Notes under the pieces: model-generated
What the model was told of the DNA's origin: nothing
Database searches by the model: none
Seen by the model: the letters and a program-made list of their open reading frames with translations, nothing else
Part shown: positions 33,164-64,000 of the stretch, piece after piece
Layout: each line of letters opens with the position of its first letter
Numbering within the stretch: position 1 is the stretch's first letter
From: Amoebidium appalachense
Lineage: Eukaryota; Protista; Ichthyosporea
Reading direction: 5' to 3'
Length of the DNA stretch: 64,000 nt
Assembly (NCBI GenBank): GCA_963693365.1
Contig: CAVNZM010000010.1
Span: forward strand, 6,511,794 to 6,575,793
Translations under genes and position numbers: made by a program

Positions 33164-34441
33164 GGACTTCATTTTGCATCAATGTAGAATACGGAAGTAA
33201 CTGCCCGTGGCTCACACACACACACACACACACACACATACCTACACACACAGGATGCTTATTGAGTTCTAATTTTTGTGCTATCTGAGACAGGTGGTTG
33301 TCAGGGTCGCGTGGGCGCTTATGTGAGGCCATCGTAGTTTTGTGTTCGTTATGCTCAATTCCTGTAGCACTGATCTGTAGTAATTATTGCTCTAGATATT
33401 ATAAGTAGACGATATGTCGGTACTGCTAGTTCAAAGAGAGTTGCTTGTTGGGCAAACAAATGCATGGTTGGGCTGAAATCAGTCTTCACGGCCATGTTAT
33501 GTATGGATAACATACATTGTCACAGAATAGTGTGTGGCTTCATTGACACATATTCCTATTATTTTATTTGTGCTAACTGTTGGGGGTCAAATGGATATAA
33601 GTTATCCCCCTGGGGGGGGGGGGGGGGGGGGGGGGAGGCACGTAGGTAGGTAGGTAGGTATTCTGGCTTTGTATATTTCGACATGGAGAAAGAGCAAAAC
33701 ATGATCATGCCGGATAAATTCCTGGGCGCATAAATGTGCTCGGAGGTGCGCACGGGCTTGCCAGATAACAGGGTGACCATCGTGCATGTTTTATAATAGG
33801 TATTTGTGAATGAACATAATATCATGTGGGACAAAATAAAACGCAAATTCGCAGTGATGCCATCCACCGACTTCTCCGGGCTGTGACTTCCTTTCCGCAC
33901 AACCATAAACAACCTTGTTGGCTGGCAGACAAATATAAATACTTGTTTGAGTTTTTTCAAGGACCGAGAACTTTGCTTCGTTACGGGAGAGGTAGCCCTA
34001 CGTGTCGTAACGAGAAAACTCTGCCAGGGGGTATTTATGATTGGTCCAGATCGAATCCGGTTCGATCAGATTAGCCATATAAGGAAACTGGAAAAACCCG
34101 TTTTTACGAGAGGTAGCCCTACGTATACCAGACGAACGAGGTCAACGTGTGTACATGTGTGTGTGTGTGTGTGTGTGTATGTGCACGTGTGTGTCCCACA
34201 GACTGTAGTTCATGACATAAAGAAGGGGTGTAAACGGTTTGCATAACAATTGCTTAAGGTGCTGAGACCCGTGTTTGCTGATAGTGCTCGGGTAAGCACT
34301 GTTTGTAAGCCAGTGTGTTCACATATATATATGCATATGCATGTCTAGATCTGCGTGTAGTGTCACACAGTGGTACATGTGTGTGTGTTTGTGCGTGTCT
34401 CTGCCTCTGAGACTCTCTCTCTGTGTGCATACATGTGTACG

Positions 34442-34634
34442 GGGGTTTACGCTGTTTATTTGAGGCAAAGAGAAACCAGTCTCAGGTATGGGGGGGTTTT
34501 TGCTCGGAATATCCCCTCAGCGGTATATCATGATCACGCACATAGATGTCGGGTGATGACTATATATCAGGGTTTACTTTCTCTACGAGACACCATAAAG
34601 ACTACAAAGAGAAATCAATTAGTTGGGGTTCCCC

Positions 34635-34666
<32 letters not shown>

Positions 34667-34697
34667 GGGCTCCCCTGGGACACTCGGTATCAGCTGG

Positions 34698-34742
<45 letters not shown>

Positions 34743-36320
34743 CGCGCACGCGCGCGTGCGCGTGCGCTAGAATTTTGTAGTGATGTGTTTCTCAAGCCAA
34801 TCAATGGCATCTAATAAACAGGTCGTAGTTACGCGTGTTTACTATAAAATCAAGGATGTTGTAATTTACAGGTAGGCTATCTTTCTGGGTGTCTGTTGTG
34901 AATGTGACGTGTGTGTGCTGCGGTATTATGTGGTCTATCAAACTACATTTGGCGATACATGACCGGTTAAACTGGTGTGTGTGTGTGTTGTTTGGGCATG
35001 CAAATGATGCCACCTTATACTTATTAGATCTCCAGGCTGTATAGCACGTGTACAGTAAAAGCGTCACTAATTGATCAATAATACCATCAGCTAGAGAAAG
35101 ACCAGTTCTACAGGAAGGTAATATGTATTTAGGTGTTATACATTTGCGAGTGCCATATTTGGCAATATGGTTGAGGCGGTCAGTATATATAAAACGAGAC
35201 ATAAGGCTTAGTTTTTCAAAGTGTATGCTTTCATCGGGTCTAGTGTCGTGTGGTATCTTTTTCCATTTGTTATATTGCGTGATTATCTTGTGATTGTGTA
35301 CATGTTTAATAAGTAAGTGGCAGTCCATAGTCACACACACACTTTTGCGGGGTTTATTTGTATTTGTGCCCAGGGGAGAAGGGGAGAGAGAGGGAAGGAA
35401 AGATGGGAGAGGTGAGGAGGGGACAGGTCGGATAGAGAAGAGAGGGTGGGAGGGCAAATACTTCTTTAAGCCTTCTTATGTGCTTATTGAATTTCAGCGC
35501 GAGATAGGATACTCTAGCAGCTATTGGGACCAGACCATATATCGAGAGCGTTACAGGCCCAGGTTTACAACAGTTGTTAGATAGAAAGGAGGCAACTTCT
35601 GCTTCAAGGAAATTTGCCAAGGGTTTAAGCGCTCTAGTTCTCTCTTTCTTGATCCAAGCGACGAGAAGGGGTAAACCATATTCACATGCCGGGAAGACAA
35701 AAGTGCGAATAAATGTAAGTCTAATAGAAGGATGGAGGGGTGTGTCTTTAAAAATATTAGCCGAGAAGAAAGCTAACCGCTTACGAGCCAACTCTACCCT
35801 CTTTTCGACCATATATATGGGAAAACATAACACCAACAGAATTAACCGGAACACCAAGATATCATATTCTGGAACTATAGGTACAGGTTTAGATGATGAT
35901 GTAAATGTGTGTAAATTGTTAGCTATATCAGGTACAAGAACACCACATTTGTCTATGTTAAGGATCATAAGGTTTGCCTTGCACCACTCTGACACTATAT
36001 CGAACAATCTTTGCAGGCGTCTAGGGGTACGGGCAAGGAGGGACAGATCATCAGCATAGAGAAGTGCAGGCGGAAAGTTATTAATAGGGTCATCGTTTTC
36101 GGCATAAATTTTGACAGCCAAATCATCTATAAATAGATTAAACAAAAAGGGGCTAAGCAATGAACCCTGCAAGAGACCTCTAGTACGAGCAAAACCATAT
36201 GAAAGATGCCCATTAACCACAGCTCTACCATAGGTTTGAGACAAGAGTGCTTCTAACAGAACACCAATGCAGTGTGGTACACCCCGTGCAGCAAGCTTTT
36301 CCCATAGGAGACCAGGGGAG
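34442..36320 (-). mobile_element. 5'-truncated non-LTR (LINE-like) retrotransposon, family A, with RT and Cys/His C-terminal domain
   Basis: 11-bp TSD acatgtgtacg at 34431-34441 and 36321-36331. RT motifs LLWEKL..RGVP, GLLQGSLLSPFLFNLFIDDL, LLYADDL, LNIDKC, and YLG (35853-35861, in a shifted frame). 3' end ...aataaacagcgtaaacccc(c), no poly(A). Confidence 0.93.
34776..36319 (-). pseudogene. RT ORF remnant of the family A element (frameshifted, no N-terminus)
   Basis: ORFs 35354-36244 and 34801-35457 overlap in different frames. The coding frame runs to the 5' truncation point. C-terminal [18 protein letters not shown] and YNILDFIVN. Confidence 0.85.
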
Positions 36321-36811
36321 ACATGTGTACGCGGGCGTGTGTGTGAGTGGTGTCATATACTGTAGCCGCAGTCGTTGCTCGATACTGATATTACGGGCAA
36401 ATCCTTTCTTTACCGTTCAGAACGTATATACCGTAATGTGTTGCTTATCTTCGAGGGGCCTGTTACTGTTACATCGATCCTTTAAATAATTATCCTTTGT
36501 GCTACTTTTACCCGTTACAATAAGCTTTCTGATTTACACTGTTGGCAAAAAAAAACATGAGGCGACCTTGCTAATGGCAGCGGCGCTAGCGTTTTAGGCT
36601 ATCTACATATATATACCCCGCCAAGTCACAACCACGATATATATGTACTGTACATATTGCCGGTCCGGGATGATGCTATACGTATACAAAAACTCTTGTT
36701 ATGTGCTTCTAGACTGAGCCATGTTCTTCGATTCAACCCATATACATGCTATTACTTACTGATCGTGTTACGGTATGTGGACATGCCAAAAAAAAAAAAA
36801 AAAAAAAAAAA

Positions 36812-37112
36812 AAAAACATCTCGGAGCGCTGGTTGTAACTCGGAATTTGTGACAAATTTTTTTTTTTTTTTTTTTTTTATAAAAAAGGGGGGAAAGTAGG
36901 AATATATTATGTACTTATTGCTGCTGTGTGAGGCTTGCTATTAAACCCAAAACTTTCTTAATCCCGTACAAAAAACATCTCCGAGCACTGGCTATAGCCT
37001 GAAATTTATGACAAACATTTTTAACGGAAAGAAAGGGGAAAAAGTAGGAATGTCTACTCATGGCTGCCGTGAGATGCTTGCTATTAAACACAAACCTTTC
37101 TCAATCGTGTAT
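36812..37112. repeat. Degenerate tandem duplication (~140-160 bp x 2)
   Basis: aaaacatctc(g/c)gagc..tgg...gaattt.tgacaaa...ggggaaa..gtagg...gcttgctattaaac.caaa.ctttct.aatc occurs at ~36812-36963 and ~36972-37106. Confidence 0.8.
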
Positions 37113-37161
37113 AAACCCGTACCAACGGACACGCAAAAACGAATCATAGAGCTCCAACCCA

Positions 37162-38551
37162 CACACGCGCTAACCGTGTGGTAAGGGTTGATAACATTAA
37201 AAACGAGAAGTATCAAAAAGCCAGTATCCACGACAACCATTCCCCGAAGGTTGCAGTAGAGGTCGTTAAACCGAAGAGAGACCTTCTTCCCTTTGTAAAG
37301 ATAAAAGAACAAAACCGGTGAAAGACCACCATAAGTCCCATTAACCCCACAACGGCGGAGCGTGTTCCACACGGGTGCTGATCGTCAACAAACCTCCACA
37401 CCGTATACGAAGGAACACACACAACCGTGGCGGCTAAAGTGAGACCCAAACTCCACAAAAACAGGGCTTTTGGCGTGGGAAGTTTCTTTGCGATCTTGGA
37501 ATCAAAGGCTTCCGCAAGCATTCACCGTCGGATAGCAAGCACACCCCAAAAGAACGAGTGAAGAAAGATTCCGACTACAAAAACGTAATAAATCCAGTTT
37601 GGCTGGTATTCGATTTGCTCACGAACAACTTGTGGGTTTGTGTAGTCGAGGTCAATGGAAAACTGTCCGAAGGTAAAACAATATGCGCCGGCCATAAACA
37701 CAGACTGAATCAAATTCAAACCTGCTGCTACAAAGATCAAAACAAGAAATAGCCAGCCACGTGACTTGACATCAGGATGGTCTCTCTTAACAAACGCAAC
37801 AAAAGCTAATATGACGAGTGTAAACAAATTAATTCCTGTAAACAGTGCTTCGTAGAAAAAGATTCTCCCCACGTCTGAATGTGCCGCTTTTGTAGTGTCG
37901 AGAAATGCATATGCCGTGTGTTCCTGTGTGAGTAAATGTTGCAGTTCCGCTATGGTTGTGTTGGCTTGTTGTGTTTGCATTACATCGAGTGCCTGCGCAA
38001 CTGACTGTTGGGCATTAAGCAAAGAATCCGCTTGTAGGCACACGGCGACGTAAGGAGAAAAGGTTGTGACGGAGACACAGAGGTGCAGAAAGATGGCCTC
38101 CACACCCACGGCGAGAGCAAGGATGAACAGGTGGACAATAAACGTTTGCTTGGCATACTGCTTCGCCCTAGCAGCTTGTTTCTCTCGTTTTTTTTTCTCG
38201 ACAAGTTGTGATTGTGCTCTGAACTGTGCGAAGTTGTTTAATCGTTCGTCGCCGCATGGCTCTGTGTCGCTTTCTGTGGACGGAGCGCTGGGCATCCATC
38301 GATGGCAAACAAAACACATCGTCGTATCGAGTTTTTGCATGATGAGTCGCGTTCACATCATCAAAGCCGAATGTTGACGGGATTTCTTGCACTATGTAGA
38401 TATATTTTGGCACTGTATTCTGTTTCCGAGGTTGACACTGGGAGGACTTTGCCATTTTTTTCTTTGTTTCTCCGGTGTCCGTACCAACGCAAGGAGAAAC
38501 GAAGCCGGTGTCTGTGAGGATTTGACTACCATTAACACCTTCGGTGTCCAT
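37162..38551 (-). CDS. 7TM receptor-like membrane protein (class C GPCR / 7TM-RGS-type TM bundle) with one in-frame TGA; gene or young pseudogene
   Basis: Start taaaaATG at 38551. Frames 38168-38551, 37522-38340, 37213-37521 and 37058-37372 join via two homopolymer frameshifts (~38190, ~37322) and TGA at 37522-37524. About 8 hydrophobic helices. KRDHPDVKSRGWLFL after TM1 and KKVSLRFNDL before TM6 resemble class-C-like loops. Probable donor gtacgg at ~37161 and a last exon near 36690-36755. Confidence 0.6.
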
Positions 38552-39379
38552 TTTTATTTATAAGCATAGGTGCCTTTGTCTTCATTGACTCAGTTTCACT
38601 TGGGTCAAAACGAGAGATGTGTAAGTCCTTCTCAACGGTTGGCTTGGGAAATGTGCTACAAATTCAGACAATACATCTACTATAGTATCGTACGTTGACT
38701 ATTTACATGTATTCTCGAGCTCAAACTAGCAGAGGATTTGTACCAGGAGCCTCTAAGAGAAAGTGCATGTTGCACTCCTGGTTTCACTGAGTTCACGGTA
38801 ACAATAGACCGTAGAGTGTCAACTGAACACCACGGGCCAGTGTGCCAAGCTTTCTCTGTAATAATAGCTACGAACTTCACTTTTGTATACGTACCTACAT
38901 AAACAATAACTAAACTTTGGATACTACTGAGTCAGAGAGACCGTTTGCACGGGGCCGTTGTTTGCAAAGTTTCCACAAAAATGATTGGACGCAAGAGCAT
39001 CAAAAAGGTTCTCCAAATTTTCCAAAACAGTGCCAGCGCGAGTGCTGATTGGGTGTTGAATTTCCCAAATTTCGGTTTGCGCAAACACGCGGCGTAATTA
39101 CCGGTACCCCGCGGAATCGCCCGACTGAGTACTAGTCAAAAAACACGTTTTTCAGACCCATCCACGTGCACAGTTTGGTGCTGAGTCGCCGGGGCGGGGG
39201 AAAAAGGCAAGGGTTCGAGGCAATATGAAGCGGTTGTGGAGCGTGTGTGTGTGTTTTGTGTAGGGGAAGGGCCCGGGAAAAGGGTGGGGGGAGGGGGGGG
39301 GGGGGGGGGAGGGGGGGAGCAGGGGGAGGGGGGATCCGGAATGCTGGGATCGCCGATCGCTATCGAGAACAGGTCGAAC

Positions 39380-39432
39380 TCTCTCAGAGGCTCTCTCTCT
39401 CTCTCCTCCTCTCTCTCTCTCGCTCTCAGAGG

Positions 39433-39530
<98 letters not shown>

Positions 39531-39544
39531 CCTCTCTCTCCCCG

Positions 39545-39619
<75 letters not shown>

Positions 39620-39771
39620 CCTTTTTTTGTGGGGGGGGGGGGGGGGGGGGGGACTGTGGATAGGATTAGGGGGTCCTTAATTGAACAGGGCATGCCTCCC
39701 TTTCCCCTCACCGTATATAAGCGTATTGTTATAGAGGCACACACATACACACACACACACACACACACAAA

Positions 39772-39838
<67 letters not shown>

Positions 39839-39870
39839 ACACATACATGCACACACACACACACACACAA
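39380..39870. repeat. Compound microsatellite (CT)n, G-run, (CA)n
   Basis: Directly visible. Confidence 0.95.
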
Positions 39871-40663
39871 ACCTACAAACACATGCGCGGGCGCGCAACA
39901 CATTAAAGTTCAGGGGGCCCCCCCGGTGGGGGGGGGGGGGGGGGGGGGAGGGTAGGGTGGAGGGAGAGGGGGGGGAGGGGGGGAGTAAGGGTGGTGGGAG
40001 GAGGCGGGGAGAGGGGGGGAAGAGAGGAACGAAGATGAGGGAGGACTCTATTATTAGTTGTAGGTGAGCCAAGTTATTATGAACAAATCTAGATCTGGGG
40101 CGTTAATAGTATAGATCCAAAGTTTCTTTGGTGATGAGAACCAAAATGAAATGCAAACTGAAATGCAAACTGAAATCCAAAGCGATGGATATAGCCCCAA
40201 CGGGGTTATGGGGACTGCAAGCTGTACTCTGAGCATTTTACTCCGGAGGGAGGGGATGCCCGGGTGGCTATGGGTGGTGGGTGGGTGGGCGGGGAAGGGG
40301 GGGGGGGGGGGAGGGGGGGGGGGGGGGGGGGCTGGGGTTGTTACGTATGCGCTGCCGGGGAGCAGTAGGTTTTTATTTTTTTATTTTTTTATTTTTATTT
40401 TATTTTTCAATTTTTCGCGCGAGTGCGCGCAATGGGTGGGGGCAGGGGGGGGGGGGGGGGGGGGGGGGGAAGGGTTGCACCACTGATTTGGGAGGGCCGG
40501 GGACTGCGAGATGGGGGGGGAGGGTACGCAGGGGAGAGGGGGAGGGGGGAGGGGGGAAGGATTTAGGAATTCCCAACCCCCCCCCCCCCCCCCCCCCCCC
40601 CCCCGCGCCCTCCTACCTCTTGGGGGAGGGAGGGAGGATTTACTTTCAACAGGCCCCCCTTCC

Positions 40664-40698
<35 letters not shown>

Positions 40699-41664
40699 CC
40701 CCCCCCCCCCCCTCCTCCCCCTCCCTTGCCTTCTGCCCGGCAAAGGCTCATGCAACACTTTTCCCCTTCGGAAGTTGCAACATCTTGTTCGAGCTACGCG
40801 AAGCTGCTGTAAAAGTCAGGCAAGGTGTACATACGCATTTGCCAGATGTCGCGTGCTTTTCATTTTTTTTAAGGAAAAATTATTTTATTATGTTTTGTCC
40901 GGAAAGAAACCCCCTCACGGCCAACGTCATCCTTTATATTAAAAACTACCGCGTCTTCCATTGAATCGACCGTATATGTACCTAGCAAGATATCTGGTAC
41001 CGGTGCCAAATTCGGAATGGTGTCACCCAGCTAAGTCAACACCGTACTAATTCTACCTACTAATGTACACACAGTCCAAGGTTTTTGCCCAGGCCTCATA
41101 GTGGTGAGTACTCGTGTGTATGTGTGTGCCGTTCAACGGTTCCGGACATGTTCAAGCCTGCAGCTGTGTACATGTGTGCAAACTTATCTCCGGTTGCACA
41201 GGGTAAACTTTGTGTAGAAATGCATGTCATTACTTTTCATCATCATGTTAAAAGTGTTTCAACACGCGCGTTTTGATCCTCAGTGTGTCTGCAACTGAGT
41301 GAAGCGCTTTGGAACTTACTGAATAAAAATGACCTTGGAAAATTTTGAATGGCTTCCTGGTGCAGTCACTTGTACTGTGACGTTCGTGTTGTTGTACTGC
41401 AAAATGCATAACAAATCTGCAAACAGCAGAATGCTTTTGCTCACGACAGAAGACTGTGACGCAGAACTCGTGTTGAATCTGCTTTTTGCACATTTAATTG
41501 CTTTTTTGTAGTCAATAGTTCTGCTCGGAGCACACTACTTTTGCCCAACAAATAATAATTCTCCCCGGCATTCAGCTAGCATTATAAGAAGTTCCTGCTT
41601 CTGCTGGACGAGTTTGCTCAGAAAAGAAGAACAATACTGCTTTTTGCAGACAGAGCGAAAGTGC

Positions 41665-42576
<912 letters not shown>

Positions 42577-42983
42577 AAGCGGGTATGTTTGTGTGTGACT
42601 GTGATCACGACTCATGATCAGGCGACTTTGACTAATTCTCTCTGTGTGTGTTTGTGTGAGTGTTAAATCGTGTGAACATGTGTGTCACAGCAAAAGTTTG
42701 CGTAACAATACTGCTTCTGGTTGGTGTGTCTGTTGACGGTTTATGGATGGCCGGCGCCCCGCCCCATCATGCATTCAGCCTCGCCTGAGCTTACACAGTG
42801 GCAGTATTTCCAAGTTTTGAATCTATTTTGAGCTTCGCGCCAAAATGCATGCATCTTATTGCAGATCTATCATGTGTATCAAAAAGAGTTTTGGGGGCCT
42901 TGTCCATAAAATACTCTAATATACCTGACTGATAAATAACCAATCTTCTAGCAGCAGTAACATATTTCAACACGATCTTGTGG

Positions 42984-43010
42984 CCCGGCTGTCGGGTGAG
43001 TGCTACTAGT
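42984..43010 (+). mobile_element. Possible Helitron-type 3' terminus
   Basis: Short GC hairpin cccgg-ctg-tcggg, ~9-nt spacer, then CTAG|T at 43006-43010. No RepHel ORF or 5' end identified. Confidence 0.3.
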
Positions 43011-43833
43011 AGGCCAGAATAATGGCAAAATACCTATAAAAACAAAAGGAATTTATAAAAGATATAATAAAAAATACGCAGATACCCAAATATATAAAGC
43101 TCAAATAGCACTTGGAAAGGACATTTTGTTACACATTTGTGTACCTAACAGCATGTGTTCGAGACAGTGATTTCAAAGTGTCCAGCAGGTGATAAATGAT
43201 TGGCTGTTTTTAGGCATCCTTCAGCCATGTATGTCGCATTTCGCGAGCCAAGCGCCTGCCTCTATCTATTTTGGTCCGAACAGCGCCACGGTGATTGGAT
43301 TCTTTTTCCCTGTAGCGCGACTTCACTCTCGTTATGGGCACAGAACCAGTACTTCTACCAAGGAAAAAAGTCATATCTTCGAATTCTAGAAAAGAGGAAC
43401 AATACTTTCGAATAATTCGTTAGGACAATCGTACGAACGTACAGTACAGTAGGTGTGTGTGTTTGGCAAAGTGCGAGTAGGTTTGGGTCTATTCTTGCAA
43501 AGTCGCCTGCGAGTTAGCTAGAAAGTTCAGCGCAATTGCTTGTTGGAGTGAATTGAAGCGTAGCACATACGCACAGTAGGGAACGGGAGACATCGTTGAC
43601 CTTTCTGTAATAATAGTGTGCCACTTTGCGCGATAAGCTGAAGGCATACCGAACCGAAGTCAAGCTCGTTCGGGAACCACCGGCATTTTTTCACAGCCGC
43701 GCTTTACTGTCCCATCGCACAGTAGAGCACAAGGGGGAAATCCCATGCCAGTGTGATAGCTGGAAGTAGCGCACAGTAGAAAGACAGCAACCTAGGCCAC
43801 CCTGCTCAGACAGGGTCGGGAACACGCTTAGGG

Positions 43834-61915
<18,082 letters not shown>

Positions 61916-62028
61916 TCGTGTAGAGGGGAGTGTGGGAGAAGTGGGAAGAAGAGAGGAGGAGGTGGTGGCGGTGGTGAGGTTTTTTTTTTTTTTTTTTTTG
62001 TGGTGGTGGTGGTGGTGGTGGTGGGGGT

Positions 62029-62075
<47 letters not shown>

Positions 62076-62178
62076 CCTCATGAAGGTGAAAGTAGAGATT
62101 CTGGTATGGTTGGTTCTTTCTACTGAAAATTGATAACAAAAGTGATGTGCTTTTTCTCCCTCTTCCACATTTGTTCAC

Positions 62179-62214
<36 letters not shown>

Positions 62215-64000
62215 CACAACCACGTGCCTTTTTCCCCTTTCCACCATTTGTTGCCCCCCCCCCCCCCCCTCCCCCTCCCCCCCCCCCCCCCCCCCAAAAA
62301 AAAACAACCCCCCCCCCCCCCCCCCCCACCACCACCACCACCACTCTGCTTGCCCACCCAAACACCCATCTCGTTTTACGTTTCCCCACCCAGTGGCATC
62401 CCACACATCGGCTAGCCCCAGAAGCACAACCACACAGAGCAAGGTTAATCAAGAAACCTTATACACAGATTACTTGACCTTGGTCGCCACCTGATATCTT
62501 TATAGCAGCATAGTTGTGGTTAGTGTCTAGGCGTACTGACTGGTCTCTCATAACAGGGGCACATCTTGAGCATCCATTTTTGGCTACGGTGCTTGGTGTG
62601 GGCCGCACCTTCATTTTCCTTTGTGATATCGTGCCGTCAACCAAAGCTCGGCAATATAGCTTTGTTTTCTGTGTTTCTGGCACACCGTCACCATTTTCGT
62701 GCATAAACACAGACACACGCACACACACAAAAGCACACACAGACACGAAGGCACAGGGGTGCATGACACACGCAAACATACACACACACACACGTCCGCA
62801 CGCCTCCGCGGACACACCCAGGCGCGCATGTGCACACACAGTGTCACACGGGACGAGATACACATAGGAGTACAAGAACAGCAAACATATGAGCATCAAC
62901 AACCATAATACACATGCTTTATTCTTGCAATTATTTTTTCCCCTTTTTTTTCTAAAGGAAAAGCATCGATATATATTAGGTTTAAAGAGTTAAATTCTGG
63001 TTTCCTTGCATTGTTGTACTTTAATAACCGCTGGTATTTCTGGTATATTCTTCTCTGACAATACTTATGTGAATGGGGTCGGCAGCTCCGAGTTCGAAAA
63101 CAGTTGTTCATTAAAAAAATATTACATAGAAAAAATTACCTGTGCACGTAGGCAGCGGTAATTTTATCATTAGTGTAGTTGCCTGTTGAGGTTCTGTTTG
63201 TGATATAATGGGCGCTTGTACATTTTTAGCTGCAATAATTATTTCAATCTATGATAGACGCAGGAATATGATACACGCTGTTGATGTTGCTGCTTAGTCT
63301 GTACATAGTCGGGGCGGCAGCGCGAGTGCCCCCATGCAAGCTGATCATAAATAAATATAATTTAACCTACTGTACTTTCGTTTGTGATCCCGGCAATAAT
63401 ATGAGCTCACCTCCCTCCTTCCCTTCTTTCTTCCCTCTCCCATTCCCTCCAAAACTTTGATCCGTCTCTCCCAGCCTCCGGGTCAGTCCTTTCCCCTCTT
63501 TCTCTCCCTCCTTCCCCCTTCCCCCCGCCCTTTCTTCTCTAGCTCGATCTCTCCCTCACTCCCTCCGTCCCTCCCTCCCCTCCTCCGGTCCTCCTTCCCT
63601 CCCTCCTTCCTTCAAAAATTCCTTCCCCCCCTCCCCCCTCCCCCCCCCCCCCCCCCCCCTCCTTTCCTCTCTTTCTTCGGCCCTCCTTTCCTCTCTCTTC
63701 CTTTCCTCTCTTTGCCCAACCGTCTCGCCAGCTGTGCTTTGCCTTAAATCCAGCCGGCCTGAAGATACACAGGATGTAGTGGGTGTAGGCCAGCTGCGAC
63801 ACTGTACAGCTGTTGTGCCTCTCTTTGTGCAGCCCTCCTTTTGAATAGTTTGTGGGAGATACCAAGGGTAAAAACGGCTCGCCGGATTAGTCGATCTGAA
63901 ACCTTAGAAGCCATATACGGCTAATCAGAGATGAATAACTAATATCATTGGCTAAAAGCCATTTATTATTTTAGTCGCGGTTTTGCTTGAGCTGCGAGTG

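Noticed and set aside
37522-37524. Genome-wide TGA reassignment
   Set aside because: No other in-frame TGA in conserved exons (ATG5, Makorin RING, chitin synthase), where Trp is consistently TGG.
43200-43415. Short ORF MYVAFREPSACLYLF...
   Set aside because: No motif or splice support; probably promoter or UTR of the downstream gene.

Overview
Eukaryotic nuclear DNA, probably from a unicellular opisthokont (inferred from chitin synthase, ATG5 and a fungal DUF2015-like motif; not proven). Genes have short exons, and their GT-AG introns are packed with poly-C/poly-G runs and (CA)n/(GA)n microsatellites, so nearly all ORF-track entries are low-complexity artefacts. Manual splicing gives: the last exon of a chitin synthase; a membrane-anchored tandem DUF4864-like protein; a Makorin-type CCCH/RING E3 ligase; a small conserved membrane protein; an orphan gene head-to-head with an intact 8-exon ATG5; a class-C/7TM-RGS-like receptor with an in-frame TGA; and an ~18-kb gene joining a DUF2015-like motif, two MSP domains and a long coiled coil. 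The most interesting signal is a set of non-LTR retro-insertions that end in a terminal stem plus AA(A)C(n) instead of poly(A). Family A has two copies with target-site duplications (TSDs), one carrying reverse transcriptase (RT). Family B has one ~630-bp copy with a TSD inside a C-tract and one short copy. The two families share ordered 3'-UTR motifs, suggesting C-tailed retroelements that may target or seed the poly-C tracts. Several single-base frameshifts in homopolymers point to long-read assembly errors. All calls were made by eye; no searches were run.
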